A stretch of DNA of 32,618 nt, from NCBI GenBank assembly GCA_051599415.1, contig AP039692.1, forward strand, positions 682,001 through 714,618, written 5' to 3'. How positions within the stretch are numbered: the first letter of the stretch is position 1; every line of letters begins with the position of its first letter. Below, piece after piece: positions 1 through 10,621 of the stretch. Origin of the DNA: Savitreella phatthalungensis (Eukaryota). Below the pieces are notes generated by a model. It was not told the DNA's origin and did no database searches. It worked only from the letters and a program-made list of their open reading frames with translations. A program made the translations under genes and the position numbers.

Positions 1-1806
1 AGCATTCAGGTTGTTGCGGTTAACACTCTTGGATTCCAGATCGCCAGCCAGGTCGTGTACGTCCGAACGCGCAGAGCTCAAGAAGCTCCCACCAGAGCGG
101 TTCTCGTCACGTCTGCTCAAGCTCCTCAGCAACAACAAGCGATCCAGAGACCTATACGCCGTCATTTAAGCTCGGAGAACGTAATATCGAAGGAGGATGC
201 GGCGACCATTGCAGCACTTACTATCAAAATGGACTGTCTCAGGACTGAGGCAGCTGAGGTCGATGCACAGATTGCTCAACTTGCTAAGAACCACGCACAG
301 GAAGAGGCAGACGTACTTGCAAGACTCGAGGACATCAGAAGTCGCAAGCGCGAAGAGGATGACGCACGCTCGGCAAAGGACCACACGCACAAGCAATTGG
401 ATCAGCAGAAGCGAGAGCTTGAGATGCGTCGTAACCAGTCCATGAAATCGCTGAAGGCTGAGCGAGACGACTACCAGCGTCAATGCACTGATCTTGCCTC
501 GTTCGCCTCATCCATCCGAAACTCGATAGAAACCGTCGAGCATCTTGAAGAGTCTCGGTCAGAACTGAGATCTGAGGCAGCAGTGGCTCTCCGGGATGCG
601 GAGCGCATGTCAGCCATGGCACTGGAAGAGCTGTCCGAAGTTGAGTCCGAAATCCGATATCTGCTCCAGCGCAAGGTCGAATCGGAAGCTGAGCTCACGC
701 GCTTGCAGAGCCAGTCACGCGTGCCGTCTCCGTCTCCGCAGGAGAAGTCTGAGAATCAGCAGGCCGATGCTGCATGGAGGGAACGAGAGGAGGCTTTAGT
801 CAGGCAATACGACGAAATTCACAAGCGGCTCATTGTCATTCAGACAGGAGCCCTGCCTGTGAGGCGATGGCGGGAACCTGAAAGGCCTCCAAGCTTCAAT
901 CCGGACGCAGTACCCTTCCAGCCCGATCCATATGCATTGCCGCGGCCGCCAAATGACAACTATAATGAAGCATTTGCCACGGGCTCCGGCCTCGGAAATG
1001 TTTATAGCGGGGCACCAGGTTTCTTCCCATCGGGACAGTACATGGCAAGGAAACCCTCACCTTTTGGAGCGATGCGCGATTCTCCCATGTCATCGCAGTC
1101 TGGCTCGAATCCGTCCTCGCCGGCGATCCACCACAACGCAATTGCAAGCATATTCTCCAACCCTGCGATTGGCGCAAATCCCGGTCCGGAGCATCAGCGG
1201 GTCTCATCATCGTCGCTTGTCTCCAGTTTGAATGGTATACCCCTGTCGCCTGAGCCCGCAACTGGCGATCGATCGTCAAGCTCGCGCTGGTTCTGGCCGG
1301 TCGGGAAGAAGAAGGATGCGAGCTCGCCAGCAATAGGTCACGACCCGCTAGCACTCGACAGGAAGTCAACGCGCAGCCTGCCCAAGGCTGATGTGGCTCC
1401 GATCGGGACCCGGCGCGTCCGCTCAGGCAGTGTGACTGCGTCGGCCCCAATGTCTGACCCGACGAAGCCTGCACACGACGGCTCTGTCGGGTGGGATCCG
1501 GTACGCGGTGGCAACAGTGTCTGGTCCGCAGGAGGTGCTACATCATTCGATCCATTCGCGACCGATGTATATCACGACGCGCCGGAGGAGCAGCCCCAAG
1601 GCGCCCTTTACAAATCTACGTCATCTTCTTCCTCCCTGCTCAAAATACCCGCGACGATCGGCTCTTTGCCGTCAAGCATTCACTCAAACACAAGTACTTC
1701 GACCACGGGCAAATCGTCACGCAAGGATGCAAAGCGCTTCACGTCATTCGTAGGCCGTGTATTTGGCAATCACGCCGGCAATGAGTCTCCAATCGGGAGT
1801 AACTGA
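1..1806 (+). CDS. 5'-truncated AcrB/Acr1-like ubiquitination-network protein (FN3-like end, coiled coil, disordered tail)
   Basis: Frame is open from base 1 (SIQVVAVNTLGFQIASQVVYVRT, like the last strands of an FN3 domain). A long heptad coiled coil and an S/P-rich tail follow, matching the architecture I recall for fungal AcrB. True start lies upstream of the window. Confidence 0.55.
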   Translation, partial: SIQVVAVNTLGFQIASQVVYVRTRRAQEAPTRAVLVTSAQAPQQQQAIQRPIRRHLSSENVISKEDAATIAALTIKMDCLRTEAAEVDAQIAQLAKNHAQEEADVLARLEDIRSRKREEDDARSAKDHTHKQLDQQKRELEMRRNQSMKSLKAERDDYQRQCTDLASFASSIRNSIETVEHLEESRSELRSEAAVALRDAERMSAMALEELSEVESEIRYLLQRKVESEAELTRLQSQSRVPSPSPQEKSENQQADAAWREREEALVRQYDEIHKRLIVIQTGALPVRRWREPERPPSFNPDAVPFQPDPYALPRPPNDNYNEAFATGSGLGNVYSGAPGFFPSGQYMARKPSPFGAMRDSPMSSQSGSNPSSPAIHHNAIASIFSNPAIGANPGPEHQRVSSSSLVSSLNGIPLSPEPATGDRSSSSRWFWPVGKKKDASSPAIGHDPLALDRKSTRSLPKADVAPIGTRRVRSGSVTASAPMSDPTKPAHDGSVGWDPVRGGNSVWSAGGATSFDPFATDVYHDAPEEQPQGALYKSTSSSSSLLKIPATIGSLPSSIHSNTSTSTTGKSSRKDAKRFTSFVGRVFGNHAGNESPIGSN

Positions 1807-1904
1807 GCCCGACCAGTCGAGTCACTACACACCTGCAGAGAGGATGATGACAGACCAACCAAAGAAGGTTGTCGGATTGAAGAAAGCATGCAGGTCCATC
1901 AGAT

Positions 1905-2900
1905 CTACATTGTATACCTAAACTTGAAGTATGAGTCGTCGAAAGCGTGAACCCGAACATAACCGTCCTCGCCGCCCGATGCATATCCTGTACCGCGCGG
2001 GTGAACAGCAATTGTGTTCAGCGGGCCGAAATGACCCCGGACTCGACCAACCTCTTCCTGCAGGATACGATGGTAGAACCGTGCCTCGAATTTGCCTTGT
2101 CGCTGAGAAGTTGTGGTGACATCCCGGGCTTCCTGCCCACCGCCAAGGATGACGAGTTCCTGCGGTCCTGGTGTAATGGCTGCCGAGTTCAGGGGTGTAT
2201 CTGTGACGTACTCCTTGAGTACTTCGAGTGTTTCCGAGTCGATCAGCTTGGCAGTCTTATCCTTTGAAGCGGTGAGAAAGTACGTGCCATCCTGGGCAAC
2301 CTGCAAATCTGTCACGGTCGCCTCATGAACCTGCCGCCGGTCAACACGTGTGCCTGATTTTGCGTCGTACAACGAGACGGCTCCATTCTCGTGCGCGGTG
2401 ATGATGTGTCGGTCAAGCGCGGACCAGCCGGCCACGGTCACTTTGGAATCTTCAGTAGTGATAGTGAGAATAGGTGCGTCTGCAGCAGCTGCTATGCCGT
2501 GCTCGAGTACGCGGATGTCGATCGGGAAAACGACGACGGAGCCGGGATAACCCATACGTTTCTCCGTCACGCCGAGCAGGAGAGAGTCATCTTCAGAGAA
2601 GGCAACACGCTTCACGGCTGTTGGAAACTCCCATGTCTTCAGACATACGCCAGTCTCGACGTTCCAAAGCTTGATTGTGTTGTCTGCGGATCCGGAAGCG
2701 AGCAAGGTTGAATCTTTGTTGCAAGACACTGTCCAGATAGCTCCCTGATGACCGTTATATGTCCCGAGACGCTCGCCATTGTGCGAGTACCATACATTGA
2801 TCACATGATCTTTGGAAGTAGAAAATAAGAGATCGCCCTCTGCGTTGTAGATGACCTGAGTGAGCGAGCGTTCGTGACCCTGAAGAAGGATGGGACGCAT
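1905..2900 (-). CDS. TIF34: Translation initiation factor eIF3 subunit i (WD40)
   Basis: Starts [15 protein letters not shown] (ATG at 2900); WD repeats; C-terminal [28 protein letters not shown] signature; no intron needed. Confidence 0.96.
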   Translation of the reverse strand: MRPILLQGHERSLTQVIYNAEGDLLFSTSKDHVINVWYSHNGERLGTYNGHQGAIWTVSCNKDSTLLASGSADNTIKLWNVETGVCLKTWEFPTAVKRVAFSEDDSLLLGVTEKRMGYPGSVVVFPIDIRVLEHGIAAAADAPILTITTEDSKVTVAGWSALDRHIITAHENGAVSLYDAKSGTRVDRRQVHEATVTDLQVAQDGTYFLTASKDKTAKLIDSETLEVLKEYVTDTPLNSAAITPGPQELVILGGGQEARDVTTTSQRQGKFEARFYHRILQEEVGRVRGHFGPLNTIAVHPRGTGYASGGEDGYVRVHAFDDSYFKFRYTM

Positions 2901-4487
2901 TTTTCGGAGGAATGAAAGAGAAGAGAAATAACTCTTCAGGAACAACAGATCTCGTGCGGAGAATAGACGCCTGGATCGTCAATCTTGAGCCTCGACCTCC
3001 GGCGCTCTGCTTGCTCTCCAAAGATTTACTGAGAATGTCGTCTCTTTTTTTTTCTTCTTTGATTGTGGTCTTTTCTTTGAACCTGGTAGGACACTTGCGC
3101 GTAACTATAGCTGAAGAATTCATAGTGTGCGCGTGCGCGCGCTTTGCGCAGTAGGAAATTGCACGTGCATCTGGTCAGGTTCACCTTGCCCATGCTACAA
3201 TATATGCATGGCCAGCTGGCACATTAGTGAGGTCTTTTCACCGAGCTATATTGATATCAATGAAATTAGATTTATGATGTATTGTAGATATCGTTATGGG
3301 CGCGGATACACGCAGTAGGAAAGTCAAACTGCTCCAGCCTTTGCCAAACTAGGCCACATACACATGTAGCGAAGTCAGGTGAAAGCTCGAACTGCTTTAC
3401 TAGCTTCGCTCCCGCTCCCAACATTGACGTCGACATTGATTATGATGAATGCCCACGCTATCCTGGCTATGGTGTTCTGAACTCTGGCTACAGCAATGAT
3501 GCTGAAGCGAAGCAAGAGGAACAGGATCTCGGCGTGCTTACTTCTGCCGCCAAAAATTGCTGCCGCTGATAGACTTTGTTGATCTAGCACGGCAGGTGGT
3601 GCATATACCGGGATTGTCAGTCATTGAATGCCACACTGGACATGCATGTTGTTAGGTGTATCAACTTATGTTAAGCGCTTGCTGCCTCACCAACTAGAGA
3701 GCAATCCTGTGCTGGGTCCATTGATTGGCACGTCTGAATGCATGCGGCTTATCGGACCCAAAGGCGGCTGTCGCAACGATATCAGTCAAGAGTAAATATT
3801 CTATTGCCGGCCAACCTGGATCGTGCATCCGATAAATCTCGAACCTGACCATGGTCGAAGCTTCTAACCAGGAGCATGGATAGTTTATTGTTAGCTCTAC
3901 ATAGATATGAGTCATGCTAGGCAATAGTTTCCAGCCAGCTTAAGCATGATAGAACTATAGCAATTTATACTCAAAATTCTACTTTGTTTAATCGACGCCG
4001 TAGCAACAGCGGCAGCGGCAGCGGCAGCGACAGTGTTGGCGGCTAAATCACAATTTATATCGTAATCGAAGAGTGCATTCACATGTGTACCGCCCTCGAT
4101 GGTCGGACTCAACTCGCGCGTAAATAACAACAAACGAAAGAGGGGTGGGGCAAGGAACCCCGAGCTCGGATTAAAATCAGAGTGCGCGCATACACTATAT
4201 CGCACAGACCAGCCAGCATAACCTTCATCGAGATCTTTCTGGCGCGCTTGAGCGGGCCGGTACAAGGCTCTGTGCATCGAGTCAGTAGCAGACAAAGGCA
4301 CTTTTCTTGAAGTCAAACATCCACCGACTAGCTGCGTGCGATCACGTCAATACATCTTCGGCCTATATCTGCCTGTATCTCCTAATAATCTCAAGCATGT
4401 ATCCTTAAGCCCAGGTCAACTTGCCTCTGGTCACGATACATTCTCTTGTGCAGGCTACAACAGCATATTCTCTACAGCAACCAGTCC

Positions 4488-7188
4488 ATGCAGCATGTCT
4501 ATACAGTCGTAAGAAGAAATGACTACTAATATAATCGGCCTTCGACAGACGGCACGGCTGGACGAATTCTTCCCGCCAGAGGTCGTCTATGTGGGTTTCA
4601 CACGCATCAGCGCAATATCGAAAGAGCACGAGGCCCGCCTAGTAGCCCAAGAAGCAACTTCCAAAGACGTTCTCATCGCTGTCTGTCTTCTACAAGACGA
4701 CCACTATAAGTTCACGACATCCATTGGTCGTCAGGACTCGATACAGGCACTCGCACGTACGCTCGAGGCTAATCTCGTTGGTCGCAACATCACAGTCGCT
4801 TGTCTCGTTGACCTCGGAAGCGATAACGTCCTTAGATGGAGTGACACAGTCGATGATGTGCTCGACCAGGATTCTGTGGTCGGTCTTATGCCGGTCAATC
4901 GAGCTGTCGCGGCAAGTCTTCACATGCCCACAATGGTCGGAGCCATGAGTTCTGCAAGATACAATAGCGCCCCGATTCCTCAGGAGGAATTTCCTGATCC
5001 AAAACCACGATCTGCTTCGGTCGATTACACAGGCATGCGCCGCCCTTCACAGACGCTGCGTGCGAGGCTGAAGAGGAAGGAGTCAGTGACATCGATTGCG
5101 AGTAGAGTGACACCCGCCATGCAGGTTTACAACATGGCGCCGATTATACCTTTGCCTGCTTCGACCAACGAGTCGAACGACCTCGTAAGACGCAGATCGC
5201 AGCTACAAGACGTTAAGAGCAACGCCTTCATGTTGCGTGACTTTTGCCGCTTCTGTGCACGGAAGCGTAGTTTGCTCGAGCTGCTCTTCTGGCTTGAAAC
5301 AGCGGTGGAAGACCACGATCCCGACTACATCGATCGGTTATTCATTCGCCCAGATGCACCGCTGCGTCTGAATCTGCCGACCGAGCTGACTGGTATTAGC
5401 GATGCGCGCGCTCTTGTGCAAGACGGGCAGCTGCTCTGGAGTTTCGGTCTCTTCGAGCAAGCATCGGAGGGGGCGCACACCGTCCTGCTACAAGTGGAGC
5501 ATCCGGATCTTTATCAGCAAGCAGCGATGCGACTTCGCGGCACAGCAGGTCGAGAAAATTTCATTAATCTCATGACCCAGGCTCTCAGCCCTGACGACAC
5601 GACCATCCTCTCTCATCGCGAGCGTAAGGAGACGCGCACGCGACAATCAATCCTGGAACGTCTTTGCGACCAGTTTTTCCCGAACTCCCAAATCGATTCC
5701 CGTGGCTATTTCGAGCTTCGCGAGGAGCACATGACATTGCCCGAGCGGACCCGGCTTGACAAGCGGCGAGCGGCCTTCGGCCAATTGGACGGCTCGGATG
5801 GCTTGTCATTGCAAGCTGTGCCACGAGTCTTTGTTCAAGGACGGGCAGCGCAGCCAGCCATTGCGGCAGAGTTTTACGATCGAACGAGCGACTTCCTCGA
5901 TGATGCTAGAGCTGTCGATCTGAACCCAGCCACCGTCGCCACGATATCACAACCGGCAAATGAGACAAATGTGCCACTAGAACAGACTCAGGACAACACC
6001 GAGTATGAGCTCGACAGCGATGCGACGTCGCTCATGACCGATGATAGCGATAAATCGCGTCTGCTCAATTTGCGATCTCAGAGACTGCTGAAAGCGCAAA
6101 AACTCTCGTCATTGCTTGGCCTTCAGGTCGATCAGAATGGACATGTCACATCGACGTCAGCACCACATGAGCGTAGAGGCCTTCCCAGAGCTATTTCCGG
6201 CGGTGTCGATGCAGACGAGCTGAGCGCCTCGCGTCGAGCCGAGATCGTCAAGCGACAGCACAAGCTACGAAGTGTGTTCGGAAGCCCGTCCAATATGATA
6301 CCCTCGCCAGCCACCGTCAAAGACACGGAAAACGCCGGCGTGAGACGATCGAGCGTGGTAGGATCGTCGATCAAGTCGAGAGCCAAGTCGCCCGCGGCCA
6401 GCACACGTAGTCGAAGATCGGACTTGTCTGACTTCTCTGCAGTATCGCGGCAGACACGCGACGCGGATGTGGAACGACGTGCGCAGGCTCGCAAGCTGGC
6501 CAAGCTATACGCTCAGTTTGGCGACCATACGTCACGTGATAACAACCACGGGGATGCTCACTTGGGCTACTCTACAAATCAACGTAGCCTTTTGCGTGGT
6601 CGAGCCAGCATAAACGACTTGCGTCGACCCGAGACATCCATGAGCAATTATGCGCATAGTATTGGTCGATCCTCGATAGGAGGTCGATCAACCAAGACTG
6701 GCATGGCCGGCCGATACTTGCCAGACCGTGGTGGACCTGCACACCAGCACTCGTTGCAGCAAAGTCGGCTGCTCAATTTTTTCAACCCCTCCAGTCAGCA
6801 GGCGACACGGCGCGGGTCTCGGTCTCAGCAGCCGCAGCAGGCTTCAGAACACTCAGAGCACCAGCCGCGATCACCACTCATGCACGACAACGCATCCTCC
6901 TCCACTTTGCCACTCGATCCTTATGCTGTGGGCGCCGTCGTTCACTCGACCGTTGTTGAGCCTCTTTTGGCGTCGCCTTCTATCAATTCCTTTGTGGAAG
7001 CTAATCAGCAACCAACACGCGCTTCTTTCGACAGTGAAGATGGGCAGGGAGAGGACTTTCACGACATTGAAGAGGAAGAAGAGGAGGAAGAAGAAGACGA
7101 GGATGACGAGGGCGAAGCTATCGTTCAGGATGTCAAGACGAGAATGAAGCTCAGGCAAATGCTTGGCCACGATGCGCCAGCGGTCTGA
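4488..7188 (+). CDS. Large uncharacterised protein with RGS-like domain; probable 40-nt intron 4509-4548
   Basis: 889-aa ORF. LRDFCRFCARKRSLLELLFWLE...YIDRLFIRPDAPLRLNLP resembles the RGS helical motif. The track ATG (4519) lies inside GTAAGA...CTAAT...ACAG; splicing joins MQHVYTV (ATG 4488) in frame to TARLDEFF. Confidence 0.65.
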
Positions 7189-7217
7189 ATGTATGATAAA
7201 CCGTATCATGAAATCGT

Positions 7218-8498
7218 CTATCTACAAGAATGAGAGTCGTTGCCAAAAGCATAAAAGTCTGCGATATCCATTGCCTGCACCTGTGATTCGCGCCATCGAT
7301 CGATGTCATCATCATCATCCTCATCATCGTCGTCGTCAGTAGTCCCAACATCGCGAGATGCGCTCCTGGGTCGAAGCTTGACGACCGGGATTTTGGAAGG
7401 AGTCTGTGCGAACTGTGCCCCGGCGCTCGCAAGACCGTCCCGCTTGACGATGTCATCCTCGCTGACGGCAAAACGATTGGCCGGAGACCTCCCAGGATAG
7501 GGGCTATGATCCAATCCGAGATTGTTGCCATGCTCCGGCTCTGCTGTGACGCCTCGGTGTCTGATGCTACCCAACCTGAATGCCTCGTGCCAAGCCGACC
7601 GGCCAAGAACGTGATGCTTAAGACCGTGACCGAAATTTGTGACACACACGATACCATTTGCGAGCGTCGCCACCAGGAGAGCGATCGTAACAATCGCAAA
7701 TGTTGCCAAAGGACGTCTGGCAGAATTGCCGTACGTGGGGGCCTTCGGACCGGCGTAAAGTCGAATCAGCTTGAATAGGAAGTAGGACAGCCCCGCGAGC
7801 ATAAATAAGCAACTGACAGCCATTCCCCAACGCTTTTCATGCCGTAGAGCCCAGGCGGTAAAGATCAGGCCCAGGACGGTTGTCGGGATGGCGGCTAAAG
7901 TCAGAGCAAACTCTGGATCCTTTACATCGAGAGCGATGACTGCGAACTGGATTGAGAAGCCGAGGAAGAAGATAAAGTCGAACTTGAGTAGGGAAACAAG
8001 GATCTGGTAAGCCATGAAACGCCTGCGCATGCGCAAATCTGCGCCAATGTGCTTGTAAATTGACCAACCAAACTCGCGGTACAGTCTCCAGGTCAGGTAG
8101 GCCAAGCATGTGGTGAAAACGGCAATGACACACGGTATAGCGACGAGAAAAGGCTGCAGGGATCCATACAGTGAGATCGCTCCAGCCACGGCGAGCGCAT
8201 CCTTGATCTGGTCTATCTGAATGACCGCGTAAACCAGTAATGCAAGATGATAGATAGCGAGCCCGATGAGCTGAATAGTGTTCTCCTGGGATACAGAATC
8301 CCATGCAACAATGATTCCGAAGAATTCAGCAAAGAGAACAAGCGCAAAATAAGTCGGGATACCCTTGACCTGTTTGGCAATCGTGCCATGCCTCAGCTCA
8401 TCGAACGTTGCTGTAAGGTATCGGCCTAGAACGTAAGACTCGAGCACCACCACTGCCAAGGTCTGCACACCTGTAATGCACATGTACAAGCGGCGCAT
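7218..8498 (-). CDS. UPF0658-family multi-pass (Golgi) membrane protein
   Basis: About 8 hydrophobic segments; motifs ENTIQLIGL, LYREFGWSIYKHIGAD, LLKFDFIFF and NFGHGLK typical of fungal UPF0658 proteins; acidic tail. Confidence 0.8.
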   Translation of the reverse strand: MRRLYMCITGVQTLAVVVLESYVLGRYLTATFDELRHGTIAKQVKGIPTYFALVLFAEFFGIIVAWDSVSQENTIQLIGLAIYHLALLVYAVIQIDQIKDALAVAGAISLYGSLQPFLVAIPCVIAVFTTCLAYLTWRLYREFGWSIYKHIGADLRMRRRFMAYQILVSLLKFDFIFFLGFSIQFAVIALDVKDPEFALTLAAIPTTVLGLIFTAWALRHEKRWGMAVSCLFMLAGLSYFLFKLIRLYAGPKAPTYGNSARRPLATFAIVTIALLVATLANGIVCVTNFGHGLKHHVLGRSAWHEAFRLGSIRHRGVTAEPEHGNNLGLDHSPYPGRSPANRFAVSEDDIVKRDGLASAGAQFAQTPSKIPVVKLRPRSASRDVGTTDDDDDEDDDDDIDRWRESQVQAMDIADFYAFGNDSHSCR

Positions 8499-8877
8499 CG
8501 TCTGGCCGCTGTGTCCAGCGATTAGTCGCGAAGGTCCGTGAGTCGATCGGGCGCGTGCAACGCAATGGCTTTCCTACTTGTCGCACTATGAACCAGACTG
8601 AACAGTACGAATACCAACGTTGAAAACAGCCGTCGTCTGTCTTCGTATTGCCGTCTGCTTCTTTAAGTCTTCTGCTTTAATGCCCGGGGTCCACGGCGCG
8701 TACGTGGGCCTGCGTGTTGTGTGCACACGCGCTACTCATAAACCAGGTAAAACAGTGGCGTATCTACAAATTGCATATCAAATCAAGGGGTCACGCGTTC
8801 CGATGCAGGCGACAATATTTTGATCCGCAAATGGAATGGTCATGCATTCGCTGGACTGCATGTATTCTGATCATACA

Positions 8878-10530
8878 TTAGCTTAAAACAACAGCAAAGG
8901 CGAGCGTCCATGCCGGCATTGCGATTGCCAGAATAGTTGGTGGTGTCCAGCAGTGGTAGAAAGACCAATCGAAGGCAGCCAAGTAGGTGAAATTTTCCCC
9001 AGATTTCGTCGCCAAGGCGTGCAATAGCGCTGGACAGGCTGACAACATGACCACAATGCCTGCAGGCCGCGGCAAGCGCGGCGCATAGGCGAATACAATA
9101 GTCCCCGCAGCTAAGACATAGCCGAGGGAGAAATTCAGAGCGGAAATCATACCCAGCAGGAGTCCCAGTGCAAGAGAACGATAGGCATCGACCTGGCTGC
9201 GCAAAGCCTGCTTGTTCAACAGTATCGAGAGTGCTGGTATTTGTAGGACGTAAGCCATCGCGATCGAGACATTGCTAGCTCGATTTGCCGATTGCCATAT
9301 TGCGGCTCCGAGCGCATGTGTTGCAAGCACGATCCCCACAGCAAGCATATCCGAGTCTTTCGTTGGCCTCCCCATCGCTAGCACACTTTGTCCGGTGGCC
9401 ATGAGCAGAGCAGCTGGAAGATATGACGCAATCGAGACAAATCGATGGGTGTTCGGCAATAGGTAGAAAAAGTAGGACGCGTGCATATGCTCCAGTAGAT
9501 TGTTTAGCGAGCGGACGATGCCCTCAACGACACGGCCAAATGAAGCGTCGTCGTGCATTCCATCGCTCTTGCCTTTGACGCGGAGAGAGATAGCGTCCAC
9601 CCGATATGGTATCAGTGGCGAATGTGACCCAGTTGGCACTCCGACGGCCGAACTTCGCAGAGCCTTCCACAAAGTTGAAACTTTGCCCTTCCAGGTTTCT
9701 TCCTCTCGACCATGCTGTACTGTCGCGCCAATCCCGACCTGGTGTTTTGTGATATGTATGGCGCTGTTGACCAGATCAAGGTTCGAAAGTTGCCCATTCG
9801 GACCGTCGTATGCAACGTCGATGTCGTCAAACCGATTGTCTTGCCCATAAAATTCAAGATCGACCGCGGCCTGGATAAGACCAGCGCGGCGAACGAGCGA
9901 ATCAGATCCACCTGGAGTCTCGCCATGGTACGCATCAGCCCAGACCTGCGAGCCATATTCCTGATGCTCTGGGACTATAAAAATGAGGTCTTTAGACCAC
10001 AGACCCCAGCGCTTGAAATAGCGCGCGAGGCCAAGTAGGATCGCCACACCGCCTTCGTTTACGACCCCATCTCGATCGCGAGTCCACGAGGCTAAGAGTG
10101 CTAAGCTCTCAGTTGTGTCGCCTCTCGGTGCATGGAGTATGCCATAAATGTTTGTTCCGTTGATGACAACATCGGGCCGAGGCCTGACGCTGTAGTGCTG
10201 GCGAGCGGTCGCAATGCCAGCGGCAGCCAGAATTCCCTCAATCGAATCGAGCCTGCTCTCGCGGTCTCCAGCCTGCCATAGTCGCACCTCATTTCTGAAG
10301 GCATTCAAAGCTTTGAAGTCACCACTGCCAAAGTATGTCTGGACCTGACCCGGCATGAGTGCATTCTCAGATATTCGTGTTGGCTCGTTGACGCGATCGT
10401 CGGCGAGTCCTAAAGGCCATAGCAGGCCTACAACAAAGAGAAACGTTGCTATGTGTAATCTGTGACGTTCGAGAATCTGAGCAATCTGCCGTCTACCTTC
10501 TGGTCGAAGGACGTAAGCGGCTAAGCCCAT
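8878..10530 (-). CDS. GAA1: GPI transamidase component Gaa1
   Basis: N-terminal TM, ISENALMPGQV, APRGDTTE, NGQLSNLDLVN, RSLNNLLEHMHASYFFY, C-terminal TM bundle. Confidence 0.95.
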   Translation of the reverse strand: MGLAAYVLRPEGRRQIAQILERHRLHIATFLFVVGLLWPLGLADDRVNEPTRISENALMPGQVQTYFGSGDFKALNAFRNEVRLWQAGDRESRLDSIEGILAAAGIATARQHYSVRPRPDVVINGTNIYGILHAPRGDTTESLALLASWTRDRDGVVNEGGVAILLGLARYFKRWGLWSKDLIFIVPEHQEYGSQVWADAYHGETPGGSDSLVRRAGLIQAAVDLEFYGQDNRFDDIDVAYDGPNGQLSNLDLVNSAIHITKHQVGIGATVQHGREEETWKGKVSTLWKALRSSAVGVPTGSHSPLIPYRVDAISLRVKGKSDGMHDDASFGRVVEGIVRSLNNLLEHMHASYFFYLLPNTHRFVSIASYLPAALLMATGQSVLAMGRPTKDSDMLAVGIVLATHALGAAIWQSANRASNVSIAMAYVLQIPALSILLNKQALRSQVDAYRSLALGLLLGMISALNFSLGYVLAAGTIVFAYAPRLPRPAGIVVMLSACPALLHALATKSGENFTYLAAFDWSFYHCWTPPTILAIAMPAWTLAFAVVLS

Positions 10531-10621
10531 CGAGCCAGCATATGAACGTGCACGAGGATCAGAGTGTTAACTGTCTGGGAGGCTCATTATAATGCATGTG
10601 TAATTTATGTGATGATTATCA

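Noticed and set aside
2755..3123. 122-aa ORF overlapping the eIF3i start
   Set aside because: Low-complexity and without recognisable homology; insufficient support for a third bicistronic pair, though Ribo-seq could revisit it.
8513..8590. Possible intron upstream of the UPF0658 ATG (ACTAAT...ACAG on the minus strand)
   Set aside because: I found no in-frame upstream ATG exon; at most a 5' UTR intron, unsupported without RNA data.
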